Source: Sphyrna mokarran (Eukaryota). Taken from it: a DNA stretch of 64,000 nucleotides. This document shows, piece after piece, positions 12,158 to 25,133 of the stretch. Under the pieces are notes generated by a model. The model was not told where the DNA came from, did not search any database, and saw only the letters and a program-made list of their open reading frames with translations. The stretch's first letter is position 1. Each line of letters begins with the position of its first letter. The DNA lies in the NCBI GenBank assembly GCA_024679065.1, contig JAGIQG010000040.1:9052001-9116000 (forward strand), given 5' to 3'. Made by a program: the position numbers and the translations under genes.

Positions 12158-12203
12158 CGGATAAGAAACTCAACAACAGACTGAGAGAAATCACCGACCT
12201 CAT
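12158..12203 (-). CDS. IGHV: VH leader exon (MRSVISLSLLLSFLS)
   Basis: ATG at 12203, hydrophobic signal peptide, 46 nt, donor G|gtgagt; phase matches the V exon. Confidence 0.92.
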
Positions 12204-12290
12204 CTTTCTGGTAAATTAGTGGAAATGGTTGTGTCAGGAACTCAGTGAACAAACCAACTCCCGGACTGTTGGATTCCGGTCCCAGTGAGC

Positions 12291-12367
12291 GGTATTTAAA
12301 TACCCGGCAGAAGGGGGCGGCTTTCCAGGCGCCGCCTGTTGATTCCCTGCTGGAGGCGGCGCCTGGA
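12291..12367 (-). promoter_or_regulatory. Putative VH promoter (TATA-like, GC box, inverted repeat; no octamer)
   Basis: TATTTAAATA ~90 bp upstream of the ATG; GGGGCGG at 12314-12320; 14-bp inverted repeat 12324-12367. Confidence 0.65.
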
Positions 12368-12703
12368 TCCACATCCCACCTTCCACACCCCAACAGAATG
12401 GACTCCGAGATTTACAATAGGTTAATACTGAAATTGTCGCGTTAGATGTATCGAAATATTTATTTGGCTGAATCGATTCATTGCAGTATCTCCATTATTT
12501 CTCATAATGATATTTCAATTTGTCATTTTTGTCATTTTTTAAACTAATTACATTATAAATATGGTGCTTTTCTTACCACGCCCGTGATAAGCAGACAAAC
12601 CTAAAAATGATGAAATTACATTTTCAGAAAATAAAGGGGCCATCAGTCTGTTTTGCAATAATTTTGTCATGTTACAATAATGAAGCATAATTTATCAGTC
12701 CAA

Positions 12704-12870
12704 AAATGTGCGGGATAGTTGATTGGCCATGATAAATTGCCCCCTTGATGTCAGGAGGCTTAGCAAAGTCAATATGTCGGGTTACCGGGATAGAGCAGGA
12801 CCTGCTTGGGATTATTGTCGCTGCAGGCTCGATGGGCCAAATCTCCTCCTTCTGATTGTAGGGATTCTGC
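12704..12870 (+). mobile_element. V-domain SINE 3' half
   Basis: ccaaaaatgtgc..gattggccatgataaattgcccc..tcgatgggccaaat, same body as 6661-6978. Confidence 0.65.
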
Positions 12871-14293
12871 GATAAGAGGAATTGTTATCAATTTCTGTAA
12901 CAATGCGATGGATAAACAAAAACATTCTACTTACAGTGTGGATGGCTATCACTGTACATTTTGGGTTTGAAGATAACATGAGTTTCCTCACATTATACAG
13001 TGTTTGCTGACATTTCTCAAAATGCCCCTGCTCTGTGTAAATTATGGGTAAAAAAAAATCCTGTTTGACATGTAAACAGTGAGCTGACAGAGAAACAGAA
13101 AATTGACTTCGAAATTGACAGAGAATTTAATGAGTCAGAACGGACTCCGTGATCAATAATGTTCCCCTTCAGCACCTAAATCAGCTCATTTAATTGGCTA
13201 CCGGCTATATAACAATCACTGGTATTGGAAACACAGGATATCAGGGCTTTTTTGGCACATTAACATTATTATAAGAAAAAATGTTTTATCTTCCTTTCAA
13301 CCAGGTTATGAAGTGATCAACTATCCACTCATTGACAGCTATGAGAGGGTTTGTTAAAGAATGGAAATCAGGTTATACTATAAGTGAATATAGAGCTAAT
13401 CACATACAAGAGACGCTGTTGTTTAAATGATGTGCAGAACTTTCAGAGTATTCCAGCAATCTCCGGTTTCAGGGCAGTTTTATGACTTTTCTTTATTTTT
13501 GCGATTACACTGGTCTCATTAGACTGGGAGATTGTGACCATCAACATCTCTCTCTTTCACACTTCGTAAAACGGTTCAAGAAACAGGTTTTAGTTATTGG
13601 AATGACATCGAAATGAAATAGCATCTGGTCAGTTTATTGTTTTCCGATATAATTAATCACATAATTTACAGGGCAATAAAAGAAAAAAAAAACATTAGAA
13701 TCTTAACGATTTAAAATGGGTCTTTATTGTGCGAATGAAACCATTATTGTTTAAATGGTTGATTTCCATTTTGTTCATTCAGGTTCACGCTCATCTGTCC
13801 CATACTATATTTAGCAGCAATCCAGGCTGCTGCCAAATGCTCAAAATTATTGACAGGAAGCATCTGGCGGGTGTGTTCAGTAAATCAAAGGTGGATTTCC
13901 TCAGCACTGACCGCTTGGCTCCAAGCCAACATCAAACACTTCACATTGTCAGTGAGACATATTTGTAAAGAAATCTACCCAGCAACAGTACTGGGGGCAT
14001 CCTAATTCTTTACATTGTTCAATATGATAGTTTCCAATCTCTCAGGAAAGAAACGTCAGGCAGCTTCTCTGGCACACTGTTAGCAATAATGGTGATTTTC
14101 CCAACACATCGGGATATTGCGGTGGATGGATCGAAATAATTACAGGCAGATTGTGAGAGGTGACTCAGAGAGAGGATACATTTTGTAAAACATGAACTTC
14201 TTTGTTTGTGTTTTTTCCCCTTTATCCTTCCATGGGATATTTGAGTTGATGGAAAGTTTTGCCTGTCCTAAATTTCTTTGAACTGGCTCGCTT

Positions 14294-16445
14294 TAGAACA
14301 TAGAACATAGAACAATACAGCACAGAACAGGCCCTTCGGCCTTCGATATTGTGCCGACCAGAATAAAAAGCAATGCCCCTCCAAACTAAACCATTCCCTT
14401 CTCTTCCATATACTTATCAATTAACCTCTTAAACGCCACCAAACTTGGCGCATCTACAACAGCTGCAGGCAGGGCATTCCACTCCCTAATCACTCTTTGA
14501 GTAAAGAACCTACCTCTGATATCCGTCCTATAACTCATACCCCTTAATTTAAAGCTGTGTCACCTCGTGCTAGCTTTCTCCATCCTAGGAAAAAGGCTAT
14601 CACTGTCCACCCTATCTAAACCTCTAATCATCTTATATGCTTCAATAATATCCCCTCTTAGCCGCCTCCTTTCTAACGAAAACAACCTCAAATCCTTCAA
14701 CCTCTCTTCATAGGAACTGCCCTCCATACCAGGCAACATCCTAGTAAACCTCCTCTGTACCCTCTCCAATGCCTCCACATCTTTCTTATAATGTGGGGAC
14801 CAGAACTGCACACAATACTCCAAGTGCGGCGCACTAGAGTTTTGTACAGTTGCAACATGATGCTGCGGCTCCTAAATTCAATCCCCCTACCAATAAAAGC
14901 TAAGACTCCATATGCCTTCTTAACAACCTTATCCACTTGACTGCCAACTTTCAGGGATCTATTCACACATACACCAAAATCCCTCTGTTCATCAACACTA
15001 TTAAGAGCCCTACCATTAGCCCTATACTCTACACATTTATTATTCCTGCCAAAGTGAATTACCTCACACTTTTCCACATTAAACTCCATTTGCCACCTCT
15101 CGGCCCAGCTCTGCAACTTGTCCAAGTCTCTCTGCAAACTATAACACCCCTCTCCACTATCTACCACTCCACCGACTTTAGTGTCATCTGCAAATTTACT
15201 AATCCATCCCTCAATACCCTCATCCATATCATTTATAAAAATTACAAACAGCAGGGGCCCCAAAACAGACCCCTGAGGCACACCACTCGTCACCGAACTC
15301 CACGATGAATATCTCCCATCAACCACCACCCTCTGTCTTCTATCTGCCAGCCAATTCCTAATCCAATTAGCTAAATCACCCTCTATTCCACACATCTGCA
15401 TTTTCTGTAGAAGTCTTCCATGGGCCACCTTATCAAACGCCTTACTAAAGTCCATATATACTACATCAACCGCCTTACCCCCATCCACCTCTCTGGTCAC
15501 TTTCTCAAAAAACTCAATGAGGTTAGTAAGGCATGACCTACCCTTCACGAAACCATGCTGACTATCCCCAATCAATTCATTTCTCTCTAAATAACTATAA
15601 ATCCTATCCCTAATAATTCTCTCCAATACCTTGCCCACAACAGAAGTAAGACTCACTGGCCTATAATTCCCTGGAAGTCTCTCTTCCCCTTCTTAAACAA
15701 TGGGACCACATTCGCTATCCTCCAGTCCTCCGGAACCACACCCGTAACCAACGAGGACCTGAAGATCAGAGCCAGAGGCTCTGCAATCTCCTCTCTTGCC
15801 TCCCAGAGAATCCTAGGGTAAATCACGTCCGGCCCAGGGGACTTATCCAACTTCAAACCCTCGAGAATTTCTAGCACATCCTCCCGATCTACTACAATAC
15901 TTCCCAATTTGCAACCCTGTACCTCAGTGTTCTCCATAGCTACATTTCCAGCACTCTGCGTGAATACCGAAGAGAAATATTTATTCAGTGCCTCACCAAT
16001 CTCTTCAGGCTCCACGCACAACTTCCCACTGCTGTCTATGACTGGCCCTAATCTTGCCCTAACCAATCTTCTATTCTTAACATATCGAAAGAAAGCTTTA
16101 GGATTCTCCTTAATCCTATCAGCCAACATCTTCTCGTGTCCCCTCTTAGCTCTCCTCAATTCACTTTTTACCTCCTTCCTGGCTAATCTATAGCTATCCA
16201 TTGCACTAACTGAGCCTTCAAGCCTCATCCTGACATAAGCCTCCTTTTTCTTCTTAACCAGCAAATCAACTTTTTTCGTACACCAAGGCTCTCTTACTCG
16301 ACCATTTCCTCCCTGCCTGACAGGGACATACTTATCAAGGACTCGCAGCAGCTGCTCCTTGAATAAGCACCACACTCCAGATGTTCCCAGTCCCTGTAGT
16401 TTCCTAGTCCAATCTATGCACCCTAATTCTCTCCTGATGGCCTCC
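14294..16445 (-). mobile_element. Young 5'-truncated CR1 LINE (RT domain, 2 frameshifts)
   Basis: ORFs 15653-16375, 14697-15656 and 14560-14823 chain into CR1 ORF2 (GVPQGSVLGP, FADD); tail (tctatgt)n. Confidence 0.96.
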
Positions 16446-16784
16446 TTTCTTGGCGACTTCTGAAGATGTTAAAGAGTCAGTCATTTTGCTGTCCATCTGG
16501 AGTCACATTCTTGTGAGACCCGGTAGCAATGGCAGATTTCCTCCACTGGGAAATCAGAGAGATTCCTATGGTCGCCTTTAGTATCTATTCCACATTTATT
16601 AATTGAATTCAAATTTCACCATCTCCAATGGCCCGATTTAAATTCCTGTCCTCACATCATTGCCCCGAGCCTCTGGATCACTGGATCTAATAAATTTATA
16701 TTACGTCACCATCTATACAAACAACGAAACACGATTTTGATGCAGGAATGAATGACTGAAGAATGAATTATAGTTGGATAAATC

Positions 16785-17500
16785 AGTTAATTGTAATGCG
16801 TTGGGGTGAGTTACAGATCAAAGAGATCTCGATGTACATATTCATATCTCCTTGAAAGACAGGTACATAGAGGGTGAAGAAATCATTCGGCATGCTTGGT
16901 TTAACTGGTCAGAACACTGAATACAGGATTTGGAGCGTCTTGGTGAAGTTGTACAAGACATTGCTAAGACCACGCTTGGAATATTATGTGTAATTCTGGT
17001 CACACTATTATTAAATTAGAAAGAGTGCAGAAAAGATTTACTAGGATGCGACTGGGACGTGATGGTTTGGATTTTAACGGGAGGTTAAATAGAATGGGAC
17101 TCTTTTTTTATCTCTCTGGAGCATAGGAGGCTGAGGGGTAACCGTAGAGAGGTCTATAAAATATTGAGGGGTATAGACAAGATGGATAGTCAATACTTCT
17201 TCCCAAAATTAGGGGACTCTAAACTCGAGGGCATAGGTTTAAGATGAGAGGGGAGAAATGCAAAATTATTTCACACAGCGGGTGGTGAGTGTCTGGAACA
17301 AGCTGCCAGAGGTAGTAGTAGAGGCAGGTACATTTGTCCTTTTTTGAAAGCATTTAGTTACATGCGTACGTGGGGTATAGAGGGATACGTGCCAAATACG
17401 CTCAATTGGGGGTAGCTCATAAGTTTAAAAAAGGGACGCATGGACAAGTTGCGCCAAAGGGCCTGTTTCCATGCTGTAAAACTCTATGAATCTATGACTC
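16785..17500 (+). mobile_element. Degenerate CR1 3' fragment
   Basis: KLYKTLLRPRLEY-like coding; 3' aagggcctgtttccatgctgtaaaactctatga. Confidence 0.8.
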
Positions 17501-18344
17501 GATAAATGACAGCTGGATGCCTGAATATATTGATTGAGGAATCAGTGAATTGATTGATGAATGCATTGATAGATGGTACTTGAAAGATGTTGTTCTACAT
17601 TCCCATATTTGTGCTTGACTAGTTCATATATTGAATGAGCTCCTTTATTCCCTGTTGCATTCAGCCTAATACAGTCAATCTGTCCAGAGTTTCTGGGTGA
17701 AATCCATCCCGGGTTTATCGGGAGTTAGCAAAGTGATCCTCACAAAAAGAAAAACGAGGTTTTCCTGCGGCTCTGACTGGGTCATTTCTCTACTGATGCT
17801 GAACCTTCATATCCAAGATAGAAAGAAGGAGCATGATTCGGCTGAGGCGGGAGAATTGTAATATTTGAAACATGTGGCTCTTTCACATGCAACAAATTAC
17901 TCAACATGCCCTCACCCAAATATGCAAAGATATCTGTCTGCAAAATAAATAATGCGGCAACAGAAATATTGTGAGACTCACTGGACAATTACAAGTGTTT
18001 CATTACTTCCCAAAACTGTGCAATAATGAATAGTGATTTAAAGATTCAGTAACTTCACATGAGGTAAGAGTGGTTACATTTATATCACCATTTTGAAAAT
18101 CATTACACACTCCAGCTATGTATCAGGACTTTCTGTGTGATGATGAGGTGATTACTTGTTAATGAAACGCAGAGGCTGCTGTGTAACTGTTCATTATCCT
18201 CGGCTTAAACTAATTCTATTCCCCATTGAATTCTGGGACATGTTTTACTCCTTGGTGGCAAAAAAGGCCAATAAAATGTCAATAAATATTAATATCAATA
18301 AATTACACGAAGCAAAGTTCAGTTACTATTGTATAGAATTAAAC

Positions 18345-18960
18345 ACTGAAAAGAAACAGAAAATCTCAGCAGGTCTACAGCATCTGTGGAGACAGATTAC
18401 AGCCAACATTTCGAATCTGGAGAATGCTTGGGTAGACTATTGCTGATGTGATGGAGAGATCATCATTGTTTCTAACAAGGTGCCAGAGAAATTGAATATC
18501 TTTTCTGTGAGAAAGGAATAGTTAATATAGCTACTGTTTAATTCTATACACTATTTCGAGATACACACAACTTGTGTCAATTCATATACGATCCCAGATA
18601 TCATGATCAACTTTTCTATCCTAACTAATCTAATCAAAGCCTCAATCACTAACAGTATCTGAAAAAAAAAATCTTCCTAATCCCTATCAAGCCTCTTTAT
18701 GTCCCAATTTCATCACTCACTTCAATTCCCTCTAAACGATAAAGGGTCATCCTGACCCAAAACTTTGGGTATATTCTCTCTCATGATGTGAAGATGCTAT
18801 TAAATAAATTTTACTATCAAATCAGTTGGTTGGACTCAAATCTGGTGTTGTCAGACTTCTTATTCTATTCTCTCTCCACAGATGCTCTCAGACGTGTTGA
18901 GATTTTACATCATTTATAGTGTTTTTGTTTCAGTTTCCAGAATCGGCAATATTTTGCTTT
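18345..18960. mobile_element. Inverted pair of Penelope-like short terminal elements
   Basis: ctcagcaggtctacagcatctgtggaga (~18365-18392) is the reverse complement of tctccacagatgctctcagacgtgttgag (~18873-18901). Confidence 0.55.
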
Positions 18961-21900
18961 AACAAAGTGTTGCATATAATTGATGAAATTATTGTTTATC
19001 TTTACGGATTGATGATAATTGGTGAATTGGAACAGTCTCGGCTGGAAATTCCCCTATAAAACATTAGTAAACCTCTTTTGGACATATATTGAACATGTAT
19101 TACTGTATTTTGCTGTCGCTGGGTCGGAATGCAGAAGTACCCTCCCTAACAGCACTGTGGATGTACCTGCATTGCAGGTTTTGCAGCAGTTCATGAAGCT
19201 GGCTCACTCCCAGCTTACCGAATGCAGTTAGCAATGGGGAATAAATGGTGCCCACCTTCCATAAATCAATTTTAGATGTACTAATCTGTATGAATGGATG
19301 GGAAATGGCGACTGAAATTATTAAATAGCGAATGGATGGTAATTGTTGAAGATAATTACTATGTTTCTGAACATTTATGAATTCTCCTTATCTGCTGGAA
19401 GATTTAAAGTTTTAAGTTTACTATTAATGACACAAGCATGCTTATACTAACACTGCAATGAAGTTCCTATGGTAACACACTAATTGCTACATTCCTGTTA
19501 GGATATACTGAGAGAAAAATTATTCTGGCCAGTGTACATAACACGCATGTTTTTTTTTCGGGAGGAACTGGAGCACCCAGAGGAAATCATGTCTAAGCTT
19601 TGTTTTTTGTACCTGCTTAATATTAGGGGATTATATGTGAGGTACAGTCCTTGTTTATATTATAATTTCTAAGTTATAGCTACACCGAGTCAAGCTTCTG
19701 CTGATCAGACAAGAGACTATATCACAATTCTTACTGTCGTAGAACAGAGGAAAATGTATAAAATATCCCAAGATAATAGAATCTTCAAGACATTTTTTAC
19801 AGTAACAGCTCCCTCACGAATTCTAATTCTTTGCACTGCATTCCTTCTAACTCTGGCTGAGAGAATACATTGAACAACGTTGAATTCAGGTTGTGGAATG
19901 AAGAAGATGAACTATCGTGAAGAGACAAGACATAGAACCAGACAGGAGAAAGGCAAAGAGAGAAAGAGATGAAAAACAGAGAATGCCTACGAACATATTT
20001 GCTGTGTTATTATATTTTGGAATCAAAGGGATTCTTTCCTAATTCTGAACATAGATATTGTCATGATGATTTTCCTCATATAATTGAAGAACAAATAATG
20101 TAGAAAAAACTATCATTACTGGAATCTGTTAAACGATATGCATGGTTGTCTGTGCTGTATTGGTGGGGAAACACTTGTTATGATTTTGTCAGTCAACAAT
20201 CTAATCTGGGATTTCTATTTCTGTATTTATTTACATAAACACCTCACTGTTTACAATGAAATGTTCATGACAACAAAACCAGATAAACCGTTTCTTATTC
20301 GTCAGTTTCAACTAAAAATAGCTGTTTATTTTAAGAATATTATCAGTTGGTTCAACATGAATAGAAAACCTTTTTAACATACATTACAGCAGATGTCATT
20401 TAATTAAATGAATAAATATATTCTATTTAAGAAGTTATTCTGAAAATTCTGATGTCTTAATAAATAAAGTATCTGTGATCGGGCTGGTATTCCATTGAAT
20501 GTTAATTCGATCTATGGTATAATTTCGTTCAATTAGTCTAGTTAAATCAAAGAAAAATGATGTATGAAATATTCTTGCCACAAATAGTAAACAGACTCAC
20601 ATGAGGGAAGAATATATATGAAAAAATCCAGAGTGTTTTTCACTAAGAGAAATAATAGAAAATTCCAGAGATACTCTGACAGCAAGGCAGTAACAGTGAA
20701 ATCCATTGTCATGTCTCTGCAATCCAAGAGGTGAAATTGCATTTGATCATCTGTAACAGAAAAGAAACAATTTCATTGTAAATCAGTTTTCTTTACTTCT
20801 GCATTCCTTCACAAGAGAATGAGCATAAACAGATGGCATTACACTATCAGGATTAAGACGTCAGTCTGATTTGCAATAATTCTTTGTCTTTAACACATTA
20901 CAGCAAAAATATGATTCATTAGAGCAATTGATTCTTATTCTGACACGATGGCAATGATTAATAGGAATCCTTTTAAAATTCCATCAATTCCTACAATGAC
21001 ATCGAGAAACATATGAGGCAGAAAGTCTTGCGGAATTTTAATCATGCATGAACTGCACTATCTGAATAGCTGAAAGCTGAGTTTCTTTTTCCTTGGAACT
21101 GAACCGTTTATGGGAGATTTAGTACAACAGTTCAAAGCTTTAAAAGGGAATGTTTTACTTATTAAGAAAAATAAATACTATCCACTGGCAAACGGGTCAG
21201 TATACAGAAGACACTGCTTTATTAATTATGAATTAACTGAACCATCCCTCTGATTATATTACAGCAGTACATATTTCTATTTATGTTGTACCAGACTCAA
21301 TATTTAAGTATACGACAGTAGAGGCTATCTGGGGTGTTATTAGTGTACTTGTCCAATTCTCTCTCTCTCTGTCTCTCTTTCTCCTCTCTCAGTTAACATC
21401 GCATTCATCTTCTCTGATTTACAACATTAGATCATGTATTGTTACTATTGCATTAGGCTATGATTCCGTGGAAAATATCGTTGACCATTTTTTTCCAGAG
21501 TAGGACAATATATATGCCTATATTTCACTAAACACTGAGTGCAGATTTATCTCCTTCAGTTATTACTGCATTTTACCATGTTAATACTTCATCTTGTGCA
21601 GGAGTTGTCTCAGTTCTGACTGTACGAGACCATGTATCTTTTTCTTTCTTTCAGCACTGTATCTGTGTATACCACACAATTGAAGCTTAATTTATTAATG
21701 CAGTGAACGTTTTTTTCTATATGATCTACAATTAACCCTGTCTCAGTTATTACTGTACTTGACAATATTCAATACAATAACACATTTGGTGCAGTCTTGT
21801 ACAGTAATGCACTAGGCTATGTCTCTTTATATGCTGCGTTTATTTCATTTGAATCATTATTGCAATAGACCTTGAATTTGTTCACACTAAATTATGCGCC

Positions 21901-22139
21901 ACTTCATTTATTAATACATGAAAATATGCAATGATAAATGCTACAAATCATCATTTCTGAGCTGTTGTTGGTTAGTCAAGAGCACACTTACATTACATGA
22001 GATTCCATCTCGGATACTCTTGTGCTAGGCTCTATGAACGCATCCCTACTTTACTCTGAATCCTCATAATTTCAATAATAGTTTTTCTATAAAATGCGTC
22101 TGGTGGATAGAATGAAATAAAGAGGAGTGAGAAAAATAT

Positions 22140-22748
22140 ATAGAACATAGAACATAGAACATTACAGCACAGAACAGGCCCTTCGGCCTTCGATGTTGTG
22201 CCGACCAGAATAAAAAGTAATGCCCCTCCAAACTAAAATATACTTATCAATTAACCTCTTAAACGCCACCAAACTTGGCGCATCTACAACAGCTGCAGGC
22301 AGGGCATTCCACTCCCTAATCACTCTTTGAGTAAAGAACCTACCTCTGATATCCGTCCTATAACTCATACCCCTTAATTTAAAGCTGTGTCCCCTCGTGC
22401 TAGCTTTCTCCATCCTAGGAAAAAGGCTATCACTGTCCACCCTATCTAAACCTCTAATCATCTTATATGCTTCAATAAGATCCCCTCTTAGCCGCCTCCT
22501 TTCTAACGAAAACAACCTCAAATCCTTCAACCTCTCTTCATAGGACCTGCCCTCCATACCAGGCAACATCCTGGTAAACCTCCTCTGTACCCTCTCCAAT
22601 GCCTCCACATCTTTCTTATAATGTGGGGACCAGAACTGCACACAATACTCCAAGTGCGGCCGCACTAGAGTTTTGTACAGTTGCAACATGATGCTGCGGC
22701 TCCTAAATTCAATCCCCCTGCCAATAAAAGCTAAGACTCCATATGCCA
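22140..22748 (-). mobile_element. Young CR1 3' fragment
   Basis: Near-identical to 14294-14915; [13 protein letters not shown]; (tagaaca)n tail. Confidence 0.95.
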
Positions 22749-22949
22749 TATGTATATTAACTTAAAAATCAATATAATTATGTAGATGAAAGGAGTTCAT
22801 TAGTTAGTGTTACTAACTAAAAGGTGTCGCGTATTGTACCTAATTGCTCTCATATTGTGTGTAACATTTTTTTGAAAACTTGGGATGAATCTTGTAACAT
22901 GTTCTGGCTCAAAGGAGATTGAGGAACAGATTAAACTTATGCCACGTTG

Positions 22950-23140
22950 CTTTAAGGGGCAATTCAGCATGGCCACTCTAATTAACCTTTATACCTTTGA
23001 ACTGTAGGAAGAAAGTGATAAACCTGGAGGAAACCCACGCACACACGGGTGAATATGCACACATCACACAGACAGTTACCCAAGGCCGTAATGGAACCTG
23101 TGTCAGTAATTGTGTGAGGTACCAGTGCTAACCACTGTGT
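22950..23140 (-). mobile_element. V-domain SINE
   Basis: ggaggaaacccacgcacacacggg..cacacagacagttacccaagg..gctaaccactgtg. Confidence 0.7.
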
Positions 23141-24216
23141 AAATAACTGCAGTTGCGTTTAAGTATGCTATGGGTAACTTATTCAGTATTCAGTTACTAT
23201 GTCTCAGTCAATACCCAAAGTTAATGAATTGCCCTGGACGCTCCTGAATGTGATGTACAGCTGGCCATTCTGCTGCCAAGGCAGCTTTCAAATGATTCTC
23301 TTTCTCTGTCTCAGACTGCAACTAAATTACATAACTTCTATTTGCTCTGTCAGTATTCATTAATCACATACAGGTACATCGGAGCCGAGCTAGCTACAAA
23401 TTGACGGATTGGGGGGGGGGTAGTTTTTATTCGTTGTTTAAGGCATCTTGTGACTGAAAAGATGAAGTAAAAAGTCTCATCAGAGGAAAATTCAGTGCCG
23501 GAAACAGGCCAGTTCACTCACCTCATCTCTCTCTCCTCTATTTCTGTCACACAACACATAAAACACTGAAAGTTTCTATTTTAGAACACCTCCGAAGGAA
23601 ACAAAAAAAGTTTTAATTTTCCCTCTTTTCTATCAGTGATAATCTTCAGTCCATCTTTCCTTCAATCAATTTACGTAACCCCAAATATGATTATTTTCTT
23701 GATACATTAAAATGGGAATGGAGGTGAATGTAATGCTGAGACCAGCAGCAATCTGTGTGACTGTTCTTCGTGCTTTCAGAGTGAGTTCACCCTCACAGGC
23801 AGGAAGATTGTTCACGGTGATAACAACAAACTTGCCCCGGTTGGTTCATTCTCAGGTAACACAACTTCCTGTTTCAAACCGCACATCTCACTTCTGAGCA
23901 GAAAATAAATCCAGAGACTACAATGTGGTGAGAACATCTGTCAGTGCGGCCTATATCTGTCCACAGAGTCAGGGCAGAGTCACAACAGATCACATTGCGG
24001 TGACATTTACAGATGAGTGTGTTGTGATCTGCGTCCCACCCATGTCCTCCCCTCTGCCCTCTCCTCGTTAGCCCCATATACTTACCGTGGCTAATCCACA
24101 TACTCTAATGATAACAACATAAAATTTTGAATGGCCAATCCAACTAATACTATGTGTTGTAATATAAACGAGAGACGAGTTTTGTGCAGTAATACAGAGA
24201 CAAAGCGGAAAGCACC

Positions 24217-25133
24217 AAGAACAACAAAGAACAAAGAACAACACAGCACGGGAAACAGGCCCTTCGGCCCAACGAGCCCGCGCCGCCATCCTAACGTCTT
24301 AATGACATATAGAGACCAATATAGGGACAATTTGTTACCAATCAGCCTAAGAGCACATTTTTGGGATGTGGGAGGAAACCGGAGCACCCGGAGAAAACCC
24401 ACGCAACCATGGGGAGAACGCGCAAACTCCCGCAGACACAGGCCCAAATCCACGTGTCTGCACAGCAACAGCGATAGTCTCTGAGCTGTAATGTTGCCCA
24501 TCTGATGGTCCAGTTTAAGCATACACTAACGACATGAAGCACTAGGCCACTCCTGAAGTAACATCCAGGAGCGGCCCTCACACGACCTGCCGAATGCCTG
24601 CACCTTGTTGGTCAACAAGGTGGACCGAACAGCCTGTGGAAACAATTAAAGTATTTAAACAGTCCTCCTATATCCCTCTATCTGCAGACCGCTCATGTGG
24701 CTGTCCAAGAGACCCTTAAACAATCCTAGCGTGCCTGCTCCCACCACCTTACTCAGTAGTGCATTCCACACCCCCACTACCCTTTGTGTGAAAAAATGCC
24801 CTCTAATATTAGTCTTATACATAGCCCCCTCACCCTAAGGCCGTGACCCCTCGTTCTATCAGAATCTAATGGTGGAAAAAGCTTACCACCATTTACTCTA
24901 TCTATACCCCTCATAATCTTATATACCTCTAATAGATCCCCTCTCAGCCGACGTCTTTCACGGGAAAACAACCTCAGTGCGTTCAACCTTTCCTCGTAAG
25001 ACAGCCCTTCCATACCAGGCAGCATCCTGGTAAATCTCCTCTGCACTCTCTCCAGGGACTCCATATCCTTGCGTAGTACGGCGACCAGAACTGGACGCAG
25101 TACTCCAAGTGAGGCCTAACCAACATTCTATAC
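24217..25133 (-). mobile_element. CR1 fragment with long structured 3' UTR containing a V-domain
   Basis: [22 protein letters not shown]-terminus, then ~440 nt 3' UTR; tail (ttgttct)n; paralogue at 53457-54471. Confidence 0.9.

Noticed and set aside
152-12203. IgW, IgNAR, TCR or germline-joined gene
   Set aside because: C exons match chondrichthyan mu; two D segments; all RSSs and spacers present.
24488-24502. UGGGCAACAUU match to the HDV ribozyme
   Set aside because: Could not build P1/P2/P3 or L3; the match is not kept in the second copy.
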